DNA of 64,000 nucleotides from Myxococcota bacterium (GCA_965223705.1 OZ245015.1:4160001-4224000); one strand, 5' to 3'; numbered from the stretch's first letter, positions 1 through 9,673 are shown. The notes: generated by a model from the letters alone, not told the origin. Made by a program: numbers and translations.

Positions 1-963
1 TTCGACGGGCAGGGACTTGATCGCACCGTAAGAGGGGAACTGTCGCATCGGATTGACGGTGCCCTCGAGGGTCATGAGCACGGAGGCCGGTCGCGCCCCC
101 ACCTGAGGACGAATCTCAAGCCCTTCGGGGTTGAGCCGGGCGGCGAGATCCCAGATCCCCCGGTTGACGTCGGGCGTCACCAAGAACGTCATCGGCCGCC
201 GCGTCTTCCGGGCGATGCTCTCGATCCAGCGGAGCTCCTCCTCGGTATCGAGATGATCCGAGATGATCTCGAAGGTCCCGTGGTCGACCGCGGTGAAAGC
301 GTCGCCGATCGCCATCATCTCCGCGGCGCTGGCGTTCGTCCCGGGAACGAGGTTGCCCTCTTTGTCGAGGTGACCGTAGAAGCGGGATGTGGAGAAGCCG
401 AGCGCGCCGTCGCGGAGCGCCTGCTCGGTAATGGCCGCCATCTGCGCCATGTCTTCCGGCGTCGCGTCGTCGTAGCAGCGATCGCCCATCACGTAGTGGC
501 GCACCGCGACGTGAGGAACCTGCGAACCGATATCGACGGCGTAGGGCGTGTCGATCGCATCGAGATACTGACCGTAGGTCTCCCAACCCCACGGAATGCC
601 CTCGTGGAGTGCGGTACCGGGGATGTCCTCGACGCTCTCCATCAGCTCGACCAGCTGGTTCTCGCTGCCCGCATGGACCGGCGCGAATCCCACTCCGCAG
701 TTCCCCATGACCACCGTGGTGACACCGTGCCAGCAGCTCGGGGAGACGCGCTTGTCCCAACACACCTGGCCGTCGTAGTGCGTGTGAATGTCGACAAAGC
801 CCGGGGTGACCAGCTGGCCCATGGCGTCGATCTCTCGTTTCGCGCGGCCTTCGACCTTGCCCACGTCTGTGATGCGCCCGCCGGTGATGGCGATATCCCC
901 GGAGAACGCGTCGCTTCCGGTACCGTCGACAATCTCTGCGTGGCGTAGAATGAGGTCGTGCAT
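1..963 (-). CDS. N-acyl-D-amino-acid deacylase / amidohydrolase (runs off window edge)
   Basis: Hand translation from ATG at 963: MHDLILRHAEIVDGTG...PGFVDIHTHYDGQ...HGVTTVVMGNCGVGFAP; HxH metal motif. No stop before base 1, so absent from the ORF track. Confidence 0.9.
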   Translation of the reverse strand, partial: MHDLILRHAEIVDGTGSDAFSGDIAITGGRITDVGKVEGRAKREIDAMGQLVTPGFVDIHTHYDGQVCWDKRVSPSCWHGVTTVVMGNCGVGFAPVHAGSENQLVELMESVEDIPGTALHEGIPWGWETYGQYLDAIDTPYAVDIGSQVPHVAVRHYVMGDRCYDDATPEDMAQMAAITEQALRDGALGFSTSRFYGHLDKEGNLVPGTNASAAEMMAIGDAFTAVDHGTFEIISDHLDTEEELRWIESIARKTRRPMTFLVTPDVNRGIWDLAARLNPEGLEIRPQVGARPASVLMTLEGTVNPMRQFPSYGAIKSLPVE

Positions 964-1026
964 CGCGGGCTCCCTGGTGGGTGGGTTCCTTCAACCTAGC
1001 ACTGCCGGCTCGCCGAGGAGATTCTC

Positions 1027-1377
1027 ATGCTCGACGGCATCCACCATGTGTCCATCAACGTGTCCGACGTGCAAGCCGCCCGGGACTTCTACGAGAACGT
1101 CCTGGGGCTCGAGCGGCTGGCGCGCCCGGACTTCCGCTTTGACGGCGCCTGGCTGCGCTCCGGGGAGCAAGAAGTGCATTTGATCGGCATCGACTCCGGA
1201 CCGCCGGTGAAGGAGCAGCACTTCGCCTTCCGGGTCGCGAACCTCGAGGCGGTGCGCGAGGCCTTGGCGGCCGCGGGGCACTCGTGCTCCGAGACCAGCG
1301 AGATCTCGGGGGTGTGCCTACAGGCGTTCACCCGGGATCCGAGCGGCAACCTCATCGAGTTCAACCAGCGCCTGTAG
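1027..1377 (+). CDS. VOC/glyoxalase family protein
   Basis: HHVSINV...FYENVLGL...HFAFRV...RDPSGNLIE; GAGGAG RBS. Confidence 0.9.
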   Translation: MLDGIHHVSINVSDVQAARDFYENVLGLERLARPDFRFDGAWLRSGEQEVHLIGIDSGPPVKEQHFAFRVANLEAVREALAAAGHSCSETSEISGVCLQAFTRDPSGNLIEFNQRL

Positions 1378-1384
1378 CTTGGCG

Positions 1385-2461
1385 CTACCAACCTCCGAGT
1401 TCGGCCTGACGTCGGCGGTGTTCTCGCGGCGCGCCGAGGAACGCGCGGTCGAAGAGCGCGCGCTTGCACCAGATCTGGACATCGCCTTCCCACGTAAAGC
1501 CGATCCCGCCGTGGATCTCGACCGCGGCCCGCGCGATATCGGCGAAGCGATCGGCGTTGTGCGCTTTCGCAACCGATGCGAGACGCGATGCCTCGTCTTC
1601 TTCTCGGTCGTTCAGGTACGCGGCGTACCAGTAGAGCCCGCGGTTGGGTTCGATTTCGAGGGCCAGGTCCGCGAGCTCGTGCTTCAGCGACTGGAAGCTT
1701 CCGATCTTTACACCGAACTGTTCGCGGGTGAGGGCGTAGTCGATGCACATGTCGAGGAGTCGCTTCCCGCCGCCGAACGCGTCCGCTGCGAGCAGGACGG
1801 CGCCGGTGTCGATCACCCGCTGTGCGAGATCGGAGTGGTCGGGCAGAAGGTCCACCGCGCAGTTCCGAAACGTGACGTTTGCCAAGGGTCGCGTCCAATC
1901 CGCCGCCTCGACGGAAGAGGACGAGAATCCGTCCGCGCCCTTTTCGACGATTCCTAGGCGTCCGCCGGCGAGACCGACGACGATGCAATCGGCGTGGTCC
2001 GCGTGGGGCACGAGCGTCTTTGCTCCGTCGATCCGAGTCGCGGCGTCGAGGGTCCAACCGGCGGGAGACCAGCCGCCCGAAGCTTCCGCCAACGCGACAG
2101 TGCCCACGAGCTCGCCGGACGCCAAGCCGGGCAGCCAGCGCTCCTGTTGCGCCGCGCTCCCGCCCAAGGTGAGTGCGCGAATCGCCAAAACGTGGCCGAG
2201 AAACGGACCGGGCACGGCGTAGCGACCGAGAACTTCCGCGGCGCACGCCAGGTCGAGTACGTCGAGGCCGGCTCCGCCGTGCGCTTCAGGAGCGTGCAAA
2301 CCGACGATTCCGAGCTCCGCGAGGCCTTTCCACAGCTCGCGGTCGAGGCCCGTGTCTCTTTCCGCGAGATCGCGGATCTGTTGCGGCGAGCACCGATCCG
2401 AGAGGAATTGGTTGAGCGTTTCCTGGAGAAGCTGTTGCTCTTCGCTGAGATCGAAATTCAT
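1385..2461 (-). CDS. Acyl-CoA dehydrogenase (short subunit type)
   Basis: MNFDLSEEQQLL start overlaps upstream stop; REQFGVKIGSFQSLKH and EIHGGIGFTWE motifs. Confidence 0.92.
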   Translation of the reverse strand: MNFDLSEEQQLLQETLNQFLSDRCSPQQIRDLAERDTGLDRELWKGLAELGIVGLHAPEAHGGAGLDVLDLACAAEVLGRYAVPGPFLGHVLAIRALTLGGSAAQQERWLPGLASGELVGTVALAEASGGWSPAGWTLDAATRIDGAKTLVPHADHADCIVVGLAGGRLGIVEKGADGFSSSSVEAADWTRPLANVTFRNCAVDLLPDHSDLAQRVIDTGAVLLAADAFGGGKRLLDMCIDYALTREQFGVKIGSFQSLKHELADLALEIEPNRGLYWYAAYLNDREEDEASRLASVAKAHNADRFADIARAAVEIHGGIGFTWEGDVQIWCKRALFDRAFLGAPREHRRRQAELGGW

Positions 2462-3669
2462 TTCGACGTTCCGCGGTCCGCCGCGCGGTCGCGGGGCAAG
2501 CCCAGCCCACGCTCGGCGATGACGTTGCGTTGGATGTTGCTCGTGCCGCCGGCGATCGCGAGCCCGAGTGAGGTGAAGTAGTTCGCGACCCAACCGGGCG
2601 GGTCTTTCGGTCGGCCGAAGAGCCCGAGTTCGCCGGGGGCGACGAGCGCGTCGTCGCCCAGTAGGTCGATGGCGATGCGCGACACTTTGTGTCCGATCTC
2701 GGTGGAGTAGAGCTTGCCCATCATGGTCAAGAGCCCGGCGCCCTCGCCTTTGGCGCCTGCGGTCAACTGCCGAAGTCCCGACGCCTGGTGCGCCCAGACG
2801 TAGCCTTCGAGCTCGGCCAACCTTTGGCGAACGCCTTCGTCTTCGATGGCGGGGCGTCCGCCGAGTTGCGTTTCCTGCGCGAGTTTCACCAGACGCCGAA
2901 ATGCTTCGAGGCTTCGCCGTGAAGTCCCGACCAGGTTGCGTTCGTGCTTGAGCGTCGTTCGCGAGACCTTCCACCCCTGGCCGCGTTCGCCGACGATCCA
3001 ATCTTCGGGCGTCCGCACGTCGTGGAAGAAGACCTCGTTGAAATCCGAAATGCCCGTCATCATGCGGAGCGGTCTCACGTCGATGCCCGGTTGTTTCATA
3101 TCGATCAAGAGGTACGAAATACCGGCGTGCTTCGGCGCCTCGGGCTCGGTGCGCACGAGGCAAAACATGTAGTCGGCCATGTGAGCGTCGCTGGTCCACA
3201 CCTTTTGCCCATTGATCACCCACTCGCCGTCGCGAAGTTCTCCGCGCGTCTTCACGCTCGCCAAGTCGCTGCCCGATCCCGGCTCGCTGTATCCCTGACA
3301 CCATGTGATCTCGCCGCTGAGGGTCGGCCGGATGAACTTTTCCTTCTGCCAGTCCGAGCCGTGCTCGAGAAGGGTGGGCACCAGCATCGCCGTACCCATC
3401 CGGGTGTCTTCCTGCGGCGCGCGCTGCGCCGCAAACTCGTCGCGAATGACCTGGGCGCGGAGCACGTCGGCCTCTTGTTCCGAACCGCCGTACTGCTTGG
3501 GAATTCCGCGATAGAGAAGCCCCGCCGCCACCGCGCGCTCGCGAAAGAGCGCAACGGCTTCGCCTTTCGGCAGATCGGCCTCGGCCCCGCGGAGCGGCCA
3601 ATTGTCGCGCAGGAAAGCGCGAACTTCTTCGCGAAAGCTCTCGAGCTCGCTTCCGTAATCGAGGTCCAT
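2458..3669 (-). CDS. Acyl-CoA dehydrogenase
   Basis: WCQGYSEPGSGSDLA, INGQKVWTS, IAGGTSNIQRNVIAERGLGLP. Confidence 0.93.
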   Translation of the reverse strand: MDLDYGSELESFREEVRAFLRDNWPLRGAEADLPKGEAVALFRERAVAAGLLYRGIPKQYGGSEQEADVLRAQVIRDEFAAQRAPQEDTRMGTAMLVPTLLEHGSDWQKEKFIRPTLSGEITWCQGYSEPGSGSDLASVKTRGELRDGEWVINGQKVWTSDAHMADYMFCLVRTEPEAPKHAGISYLLIDMKQPGIDVRPLRMMTGISDFNEVFFHDVRTPEDWIVGERGQGWKVSRTTLKHERNLVGTSRRSLEAFRRLVKLAQETQLGGRPAIEDEGVRQRLAELEGYVWAHQASGLRQLTAGAKGEGAGLLTMMGKLYSTEIGHKVSRIAIDLLGDDALVAPGELGLFGRPKDPPGWVANYFTSLGLAIAGGTSNIQRNVIAERGLGLPRDRAADRGTSK

Positions 3670-3673
3670 TCGC

Positions 3674-4504
3674 CTACCGTCCTTCCCAAACCGGCGGGCG
3701 TTTCTCCATGAACGCACGCGGCCCTTCACGAGCGTCGCGTGAGGTCACCACGGGTTTCGCATTGCGCGATTCCGTCAAGAACGCTTCGTCGAGATCCATT
3801 CCCTGCACTTCCAGCACGGTCTTCTTGATCGCGTCGAGCGCCAACGGCGCGTTCGCCGCGATGGTCGCCGCGAGTTCGATCGCCTGGGGCAGCAGCTGAG
3901 CGGGCTCGACGATGCGATTGATGAAGCCGCACTCGAGTGCCCATTCGGCGGAGAAACGCTCGCCGGTGAGGAGCATTTCCATCGCCTTGACGAAGGGGAT
4001 CATGCGCGGGAGCCGAACCTGGGATCCGCCCGCCGGCACGATGCCGCGCTTCGGTTCGGGCAAACCCAGTGTCGCGGTCGGTACCGCGAGCCGGAGATCG
4101 CACGCTTGTACGAGCTCGGCCCCACCCGCCAGGGCAGTGCCGTTCACGGCGGCGATGACGGGTTTCGGGAAGATCCGATCCTTCAGCAGAACTTTGTCGA
4201 GGAGCCGGCGATCGCTGACGTAGCGCTCGTCCCACTCGTCCTCCGGTTCGCGCGCTTTCGTGATCAGCGGGATGAGGCTTCCGAGATCGGCCCCGGCGCT
4301 GAAGGCGTCGGTGCCGGCACCGGTGATAATGATGACGCGGGCATCCGCGTCTTCCGCGAGCTCGGCCCACGCGTCGGCCAAACGCACCATCATCTGGGGC
4401 GTCAGGGTGTTTTTGCGTTCGGGTCGGTTGAGGGTCAACACGACACACCCGTCATCCCTCCGGTCGATCAAAAGGTGAGCTTTGGGATCTTGTTCCGCGG
4501 TCAA
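3674..4504 (-). CDS. Enoyl-CoA hydratase/isomerase
   Basis: LNRPERKN, AFSAGADL, AAVNGTALAGGAE, GLPEPKRG; TTG start with AAAGGAG RBS. Confidence 0.92.
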   Translation of the reverse strand: MTAEQDPKAHLLIDRRDDGCVVLTLNRPERKNTLTPQMMVRLADAWAELAEDADARVIIITGAGTDAFSAGADLGSLIPLITKAREPEDEWDERYVSDRRLLDKVLLKDRIFPKPVIAAVNGTALAGGAELVQACDLRLAVPTATLGLPEPKRGIVPAGGSQVRLPRMIPFVKAMEMLLTGERFSAEWALECGFINRIVEPAQLLPQAIELAATIAANAPLALDAIKKTVLEVQGMDLDEAFLTESRNAKPVVTSRDAREGPRAFMEKRPPVWEGR

Positions 4505-4514
4505 GGCTTCTCCT

Positions 4515-5978
4515 TTAGCGAGGTGCAACGGTCCATCGGCCCGCTTCGACTTCGACGCTCCGTCCGACCCATTCTTCGGCCACCATAGAGGCCATGACGT
4601 CCGGATCGTCATTGCGCGCCACGGCGCGACGCGCGTCGCGAGTATCCACGACGACAACACCGGCGGTAGGGCCCTTGCGGTCGTGCATGACGGTGCACCC
4701 CGCGACGCGACCGGGGCCGCTGTAGTCGCTCGCGACCGGAATCTCGGCGAAACGGCGTCGCGTTTCGCCGGTGACATCCTGTGCGCGGAAACCTTCGGGG
4801 TTGGGATCACGGCCCCAGACGGCGAACCCCTGCTTCGTCAGCACTCCCGAAACGGTGCTCACCAGTCCGCGTGAACCGGGCCGCGTGCGGAGCCGCTTCG
4901 CGAGTTGTGCCGTCGCATGGATCACGAAATTGTTGAACGGACCGCCGGCGAAAGGCATGCCTCCGGTGAAGCTGCGCGCAGCACCGGGCGGGAGCTCGAG
5001 CGCTTCAGCGTAGAGATCCATCGCGACGGGGAAGCAGCTGTAGAGCTCGACCCAGTCGAGTTCTGCTGCCGTGCACTGAGCCGCCTCGAGCGCGGCACGC
5101 GCCGCGACCTCGGCGCCCGGACACCGATCGAGCTCGGCCCGCGCCGAAGTGTTCACCATGTGGTTCGCTTCGGCGCTGCTCATGGCAAACGCGAGATCGG
5201 ATGCCGGCACGCCCGCCCGCTTCGCCGCCGCGTGGGACATCAAGAGGAGCGACGAGGCCTGATCGACGCTCCAGTTCGCGACGTGGAACTTGCCGTAGGG
5301 ATCGGCGAGCGGCCGTCCTTCGAGAATCGCTTGCTGCGAGACGACTTCGTCATCCCACCCGTCGGGGTTGGCAACGGCGATCCGGGACAGCTCGTGATAC
5401 TGCGCGGCCACGTTGTTCGCGCGCTCGTCGCGCGGAATGCCTCGCGCCACGCGGTAAGCGCTTTCGAGAACGGCGTAGTAGCCCACGGCATCGTTGCCGA
5501 GCCCGGCCTCGCGTTCGTAGGCGGGGACGATTTCCTTGTCGGGTTTCCAGACAACATCCGAAGGCTCGGCGCTCTCGCGGTCGCGGAGCTCAACGCCATC
5601 GATGCGGGCGCGCAGCAAGCGATAACCAGCTTCACCGCCCGCGACCAGGGCACACTCGATTTCGCCGTCGGCGATGCGCGAGCACGCATCGGCGATCACG
5701 GTCTGCTGCGAGACACCGACGAGCGCGCTCACCGTCTTCGCGCGTTCCGCACCGACGGCAGTAGCGATCAATCCACCGGGGTCGCGGTAGCGCCAACGAC
5801 CGATGGGAACGTAGATGCGCTCGAGGTTCGAGAGAATGCGGGGGTTTCCGGCATCTTCCGCCGCGATCTTCGCCGCGCGGATCATGAGCTCGATCGGCTC
5901 ATCCGCCTCGAGCGCATTTTCTGTTCGCTGGGTCACGAGGCCCACGCCTGCGATGACCGGCGTTCTTGCTTCGTTCAT
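4515..5978 (-). CDS. Thiolase-like protein (acetyl-CoA acetyltransferase family, TLP1-like)
   Basis: PVIAGVG N-terminus, LYSCFP and TGGMPFAGGPFNN motifs, extra C-terminal domain. Confidence 0.85.
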   Translation of the reverse strand: MNEARTPVIAGVGLVTQRTENALEADEPIELMIRAAKIAAEDAGNPRILSNLERIYVPIGRWRYRDPGGLIATAVGAERAKTVSALVGVSQQTVIADACSRIADGEIECALVAGGEAGYRLLRARIDGVELRDRESAEPSDVVWKPDKEIVPAYEREAGLGNDAVGYYAVLESAYRVARGIPRDERANNVAAQYHELSRIAVANPDGWDDEVVSQQAILEGRPLADPYGKFHVANWSVDQASSLLLMSHAAAKRAGVPASDLAFAMSSAEANHMVNTSARAELDRCPGAEVAARAALEAAQCTAAELDWVELYSCFPVAMDLYAEALELPPGAARSFTGGMPFAGGPFNNFVIHATAQLAKRLRTRPGSRGLVSTVSGVLTKQGFAVWGRDPNPEGFRAQDVTGETRRRFAEIPVASDYSGPGRVAGCTVMHDRKGPTAGVVVVDTRDARRAVARNDDPDVMASMVAEEWVGRSVEVEAGRWTVAPR

Positions 5979-6027
5979 GCCGAGGAGCCCAGTACGCCGG
6001 CACCGACCACTTCGACTACTTTCACGG

Positions 6028-6597
6028 CTAACCGATCGGACACGCCGGGGCGTCGGCAACCGACTCGCGCGTGCTCGAGTCGACGTCGGTCTCGAACGTG
6101 GCGTGCACGCGGTTGACCATCGCCGCGAGTCCGACGGTCATGGCGAGCTCCAGCCGCTCCTCTTGAGAAAAAGCGGCTTCGAGCGCTGCATAGAGCTCGT
6201 CGTTCACTCGGTTGTGCCGAGTCAGCTCCTCGGAAAACCGCAACACCAAGCGGTCCTTCTCATCCAATGACTCGCAGGTTTCAGGGGCCGCCATGGCCGC
6301 CATCTCTCGATCCGTCAGTCCGACGCTCCGACCGAGCATCACGTGGGTCGGGATTCAGTAGTGACAACTGTTGACTTGCGAGGCGCGCAGGTAGGCGAGT
6401 TCGCGCAGGCGCGGCGCCAACGTGGGCTCGCCGTAGAGCGCCTCGGCGATTCCGAGAAACCCTTCCGCGGCCTTTTCGTTGTGCGCCCACAACTTGAATA
6501 CGTTGAGGACGGAGAACCCGAGTGTCTCCATGCGCTGAAAGAGTGCTCGTTGCGCGTTCGAAGCAGCGCTCTCTTCGACCAGGGGAATCCGAGACAT
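6028..6597 (-). CDS. AhpD/carboxymuconolactone decarboxylase family protein, probable selenoprotein (UGA at 6355-6357 as Sec)
   Basis: Two ORF-track pieces are in the same frame: LRELAYLRASQVNSCHY-TGA-IPTHVMLGRSVGLT; TGA sits at the second Cys of CxxC; AAAGGAG RBS. Confidence 0.88.
6322..6340 (-). promoter_or_regulatory. Bacterial SECIS-like hairpin
   Basis: GAUGCUC-GGUCG-GAGCGUC, 7-bp stem (one GU); loop begins with G, 21 nt after the UGA. Confidence 0.7.
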
Positions 6598-6653
6598 GCG
6601 TCTCCTTTCGTGGTTGCGTTGGGCCGGATCTTTCCACGCTCGGGCGGTTTCGG

Positions 6654-7505
6654 CTAGCGCCACACCGGATCTCGAACGAGATGGCAGCTGCGAAAGCGCT
6701 GATTCTCCAAATAAGAGAAAGCGAGTCTCTCACCGGCAAGGAAACGCCGGTTGAGCTCCTCCGGCGACACGTCGCCGCTCGGATAGCGGTGCAGCTCATC
6801 CACGCGGTTGAACGCCAAATTGACCAGGCGGGGGGCGGCGTAGCAGAGCATTCGGTCTGCCCAGGGCTCGCTGGCTTGCAGCTCGGGTTCGATTCTCGTG
6901 ATGTGCTGAAACACCGGAACGGAATCGAGATGCCGCCGGAAGCGCTCTGTGAGGAAGACGTTCCCGTCCACCGAGAAGCGAACTTCCCAGTCGCCGCGAG
7001 GGCACTTCGAATAGTGCGCCCAAGCGCGTCGAACGTAGGTTGCGGAGGCGCGCGGTGGGACGCGCCAGGTTCTCCCACGGCGCATGAACGGGGGACGCGT
7101 GATCCAATCCATCGGTTGGCACCAGACCACTCCCCGGTGGAGACGCAACGACAAGGCCAGGAGATCCGGTTCGGTGCGAAGGCGCTGGAACTCGCGATCG
7201 TCTGTCGAAAAGTCGCGCAGCAACACGTCGTCATCGACGAAGAACGCGAAGAACTCGCGAGGGTTGGCGTCGATGAGTGCCGTGAGCTGTCGATTGAGCG
7301 GCGCGTCTGTTTCCTTCGCAAAGCGCACCTCTGGGTGGAAGCTCGCGACGCGTTCGTATCCGCGCTCGAACTGCACGTCCGTCGCCTTGTAGAGGACGTT
7401 GATTGCGTACGCCGCGCTGTCTCGACCGTAGCGGTACATCGAGGAAAGCAGCTGGTCGAGCTGTGCCGCGCGATCGCGCGAAAAGACGATCGCGCTGAGA
7501 CTCAT
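6654..7505 (-). CDS. GT-A-fold glycosyltransferase-like protein
   Basis: IVFSRDRAAQL N-terminus, FFVDDD (DxD-like), LSLRL, SVDGNVF. Confidence 0.65.
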   Translation of the reverse strand: MSLSAIVFSRDRAAQLDQLLSSMYRYGRDSAAYAINVLYKATDVQFERGYERVASFHPEVRFAKETDAPLNRQLTALIDANPREFFAFFVDDDVLLRDFSTDDREFQRLRTEPDLLALSLRLHRGVVWCQPMDWITRPPFMRRGRTWRVPPRASATYVRRAWAHYSKCPRGDWEVRFSVDGNVFLTERFRRHLDSVPVFQHITRIEPELQASEPWADRMLCYAAPRLVNLAFNRVDELHRYPSGDVSPEELNRRFLAGERLAFSYLENQRFRSCHLVRDPVWR

Positions 7506-7540
7506 CTTCGCTTGCCGGCGGCGCTATATTTCACCGTCCC

Positions 7541-8524
7541 ATGGCCGCTGACAAAACGCCCAAGGTCACCGTCGTCGTCACGCAGCGCGAGCGCTTTAGC
7601 GGATCGCTCGAATCGCTGGATTCCCTGCTGGCCAACACTTCCGAGCCGTTTGCGCTGGTGTACGTCGATGCCGGTGGGCCGAAGAAGATGTCGACCGCGC
7701 TTCGCCGCCGTGTCGAAGCGCGCGGTGGCATGTTCCTTCGGATCGACTCGTTCCTGTCGCCCAATGCGGCGCGCAACCTCGGACTCGCCCGGGTCGAGAC
7801 ACCGTACCTCGCCTTCGTCGACAACGACGTGCGGTTCCGCGAAGGCTGGCTCGAAGAGCTCGTCGCCTGCGCCGAAGACACGGGTGCCGTCCTCGTTTCT
7901 CCGATCACGTGTCAGGGTGAACCCCTTCACTCGGAGATCCATTGTCTGGCGGGCACGACCTGTATCGAGATCGACGAGAAAGGCCGACGCGTCCTCAGGG
8001 ATTGGGCCGGCCGCCAAGGGGAGCCGCTCTCGTCGTTTACCGGTGGGGACGAGCCCTTCGAAATGGAGACGGTCGAATACCATACGCTCCTCGCGCGAAC
8101 GGCGTTCTTCGAGGAGCATGGGCCCCTCGACGAGAAGCTTCCGGCATTGCACGAGCACGCCGATCTCTCGCTTTGCGTTCGCGAACAGGGCGGTCGGATC
8201 TTTCTCGCACCGCGTTCGGTCGTGACGTACGTCGGTCCGAAATCCTTCACTCTCCGCGACGCTCGCTTCTTCCTGCTGCGTTGGAGCGACGCCTGGCTTC
8301 TCCAGAGCATCGAGCGCATGGAGGAGAAATGGCAACTCGATCGCTCGCCCGAGTTCGGGGCGTTGCTCCGCGGCAACGGCTGGCAGCGGCGGCAGCTGGT
8401 ACTGCGCGGATTGGCCAACCGGGTTCCCGCCGGGCGGTGCAAGGAAGCCGCGAAATCGCTTCTCTTTCGAATCGACCACTGGGTCGGGCGAGCGAAGGGC
8501 CTTACCACAGACTCGCACCGGTAG
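7541..8524 (+). CDS. Glycosyltransferase family 2
   Basis: VTVVV...YVDAG...ARNLG...AFVDND (DxD)...HEHADL. Confidence 0.88.
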   Translation: MAADKTPKVTVVVTQRERFSGSLESLDSLLANTSEPFALVYVDAGGPKKMSTALRRRVEARGGMFLRIDSFLSPNAARNLGLARVETPYLAFVDNDVRFREGWLEELVACAEDTGAVLVSPITCQGEPLHSEIHCLAGTTCIEIDEKGRRVLRDWAGRQGEPLSSFTGGDEPFEMETVEYHTLLARTAFFEEHGPLDEKLPALHEHADLSLCVREQGGRIFLAPRSVVTYVGPKSFTLRDARFFLLRWSDAWLLQSIERMEEKWQLDRSPEFGALLRGNGWQRRQLVLRGLANRVPAGRCKEAAKSLLFRIDHWVGRAKGLTTDSHR

Positions 8525-9401
8525 TGCGCGCGCCGCGTTTCTGCGCGAGCGATCGCACGCCGTCGCGAGCACGGCGCTCGATCGCCCGCGGCAGGACCGC
8601 CAGCAACCGCCCCGCCATCGCGATGCGCTCGGGCCACGGAACGCTGAAGTCGGGATGCTCGCTCGCCGCGTACAGACTTGTGAAATCCCGAAAGCAATCC
8701 CAGAAGCGCAGCTCGCGTCGGCTGAAGCCCTCACCCGCATAGTGAATAAAGTGCGCACAGCGCCGGACGCGAGCATCGCGGCCAAAAAGATTCATCCAGT
8801 TGAACTCGCCCGCGAGCGGCCGAATCTCGAAATCGTGACGGGCGATCAGCAGGTTGAAGTAGGTCTGGTCCCAGTGGTCGTCGATGAGGACCGCGCGCAG
8901 GAACTCCTCTTCGACGAGGTGATCGAGAAACGTCGCATCTCGGCCGAACAACATGACACCGGAGTTGTAGTAGACAGGCCGGCCTTCGTGGCGCGGCCAG
9001 TTCGGCAGTGGCCCGAGAGCCTCGCACAACGTCGCGACGTCGAGGGATCGATCGGCGTGGCGGCCCTCTTCGAGCAGGTAGCAAGCTGCGGCGTTCGGGT
9101 GCGTTTCGAAGATGTCCGGCGCCTCGGGCGCGATGAGAACGTCGCCGTCGACGTAGAGCACCCGCTCGTAGTCGCGAAGCAGGCTCCGTACGTGGATTTT
9201 CTCGAGGACGGCGGAGGCGGCCGGATGCCCTAGCGGCGGGAACCGTCGCGACACGGAGGCCTCGCGGCACGCGATGAAATCCGCGCCGATCCGCGCCGCG
9301 TAGTGGCGCATCGCGGGCAGCGTGTAGCGAAAGATCGGATCGGAGCCGATCGCGACCGTATAAATCGCGCAGCGGCTGGACGGTTCGGCTCGCACGGTCA
9401 A
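8502..9401 (-). CDS. Glycosyltransferase (GT8/GT34-like)
   Basis: VLYVDGD, YNSGVM, DQTYFN, FIHYAG motifs; start uncertain. Confidence 0.82.
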   Translation of the reverse strand: MTVRAEPSSRCAIYTVAIGSDPIFRYTLPAMRHYAARIGADFIACREASVSRRFPPLGHPAASAVLEKIHVRSLLRDYERVLYVDGDVLIAPEAPDIFETHPNAAACYLLEEGRHADRSLDVATLCEALGPLPNWPRHEGRPVYYNSGVMLFGRDATFLDHLVEEEFLRAVLIDDHWDQTYFNLLIARHDFEIRPLAGEFNWMNLFGRDARVRRCAHFIHYAGEGFSRRELRFWDCFRDFTSLYAASEHPDFSVPWPERIAMAGRLLAVLPRAIERRARDGVRSLAQKRGARTTGASLW

Positions 9402-9432
9402 AGATTGTAGGGGCGAAGACCCGTCTTCGGGC

Positions 9433-9615
9433 TCAGGCTGAGCCTCCCCTCCGCTCGTGCACTCGCTGGCGGATCCGGGCGGCGAGCCGCCGCAGCAGGT
9501 CCGGCGACGCGGGGCCGCTCATCGCCCGCCGTTCGAGCTCGCGAGCGACGGCGTCGAGGAGCTTTTCCCGCCAGTCGGGCTGATTCTCCGGGTCCGCCGG
9601 ACGCTGTTGGATCAT
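9433..9615 (-). CDS. Small hypothetical helical protein
   Basis: Fills the intergenic gap; MIQQRPADPENQPDWREKLLDAVARELERR; alternative GTG start at 9630. Confidence 0.45.
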   Translation of the reverse strand: MIQQRPADPENQPDWREKLLDAVARELERRAMSGPASPDLLRRLAARIRQRVHERRGGSA

Positions 9616-9673
9616 GCGATCGGTTAGCACACTTTCGTTCTAATTTCGCTTTTTAACTGGATCCCTTACGGGC

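Noticed and set aside
1385..3601. Apparent long N-terminal extensions in the ORF track (also 26000, 42690, 46117, 16337)
   Set aside because: The extensions overlap neighbouring genes; better internal starts have an RBS or stop-start overlap
6028..6663. Two small genes or a pseudogene, as the ORF track implies
   Set aside because: A single TGA at the CxxC position plus a SECIS-like hairpin favours Sec readthrough
6654..9401. Glycosyltransferases as a flagellin glycosylation island
   Set aside because: 10 kb from fliC with unrelated genes in between; no nucleotide-sugar or maf genes
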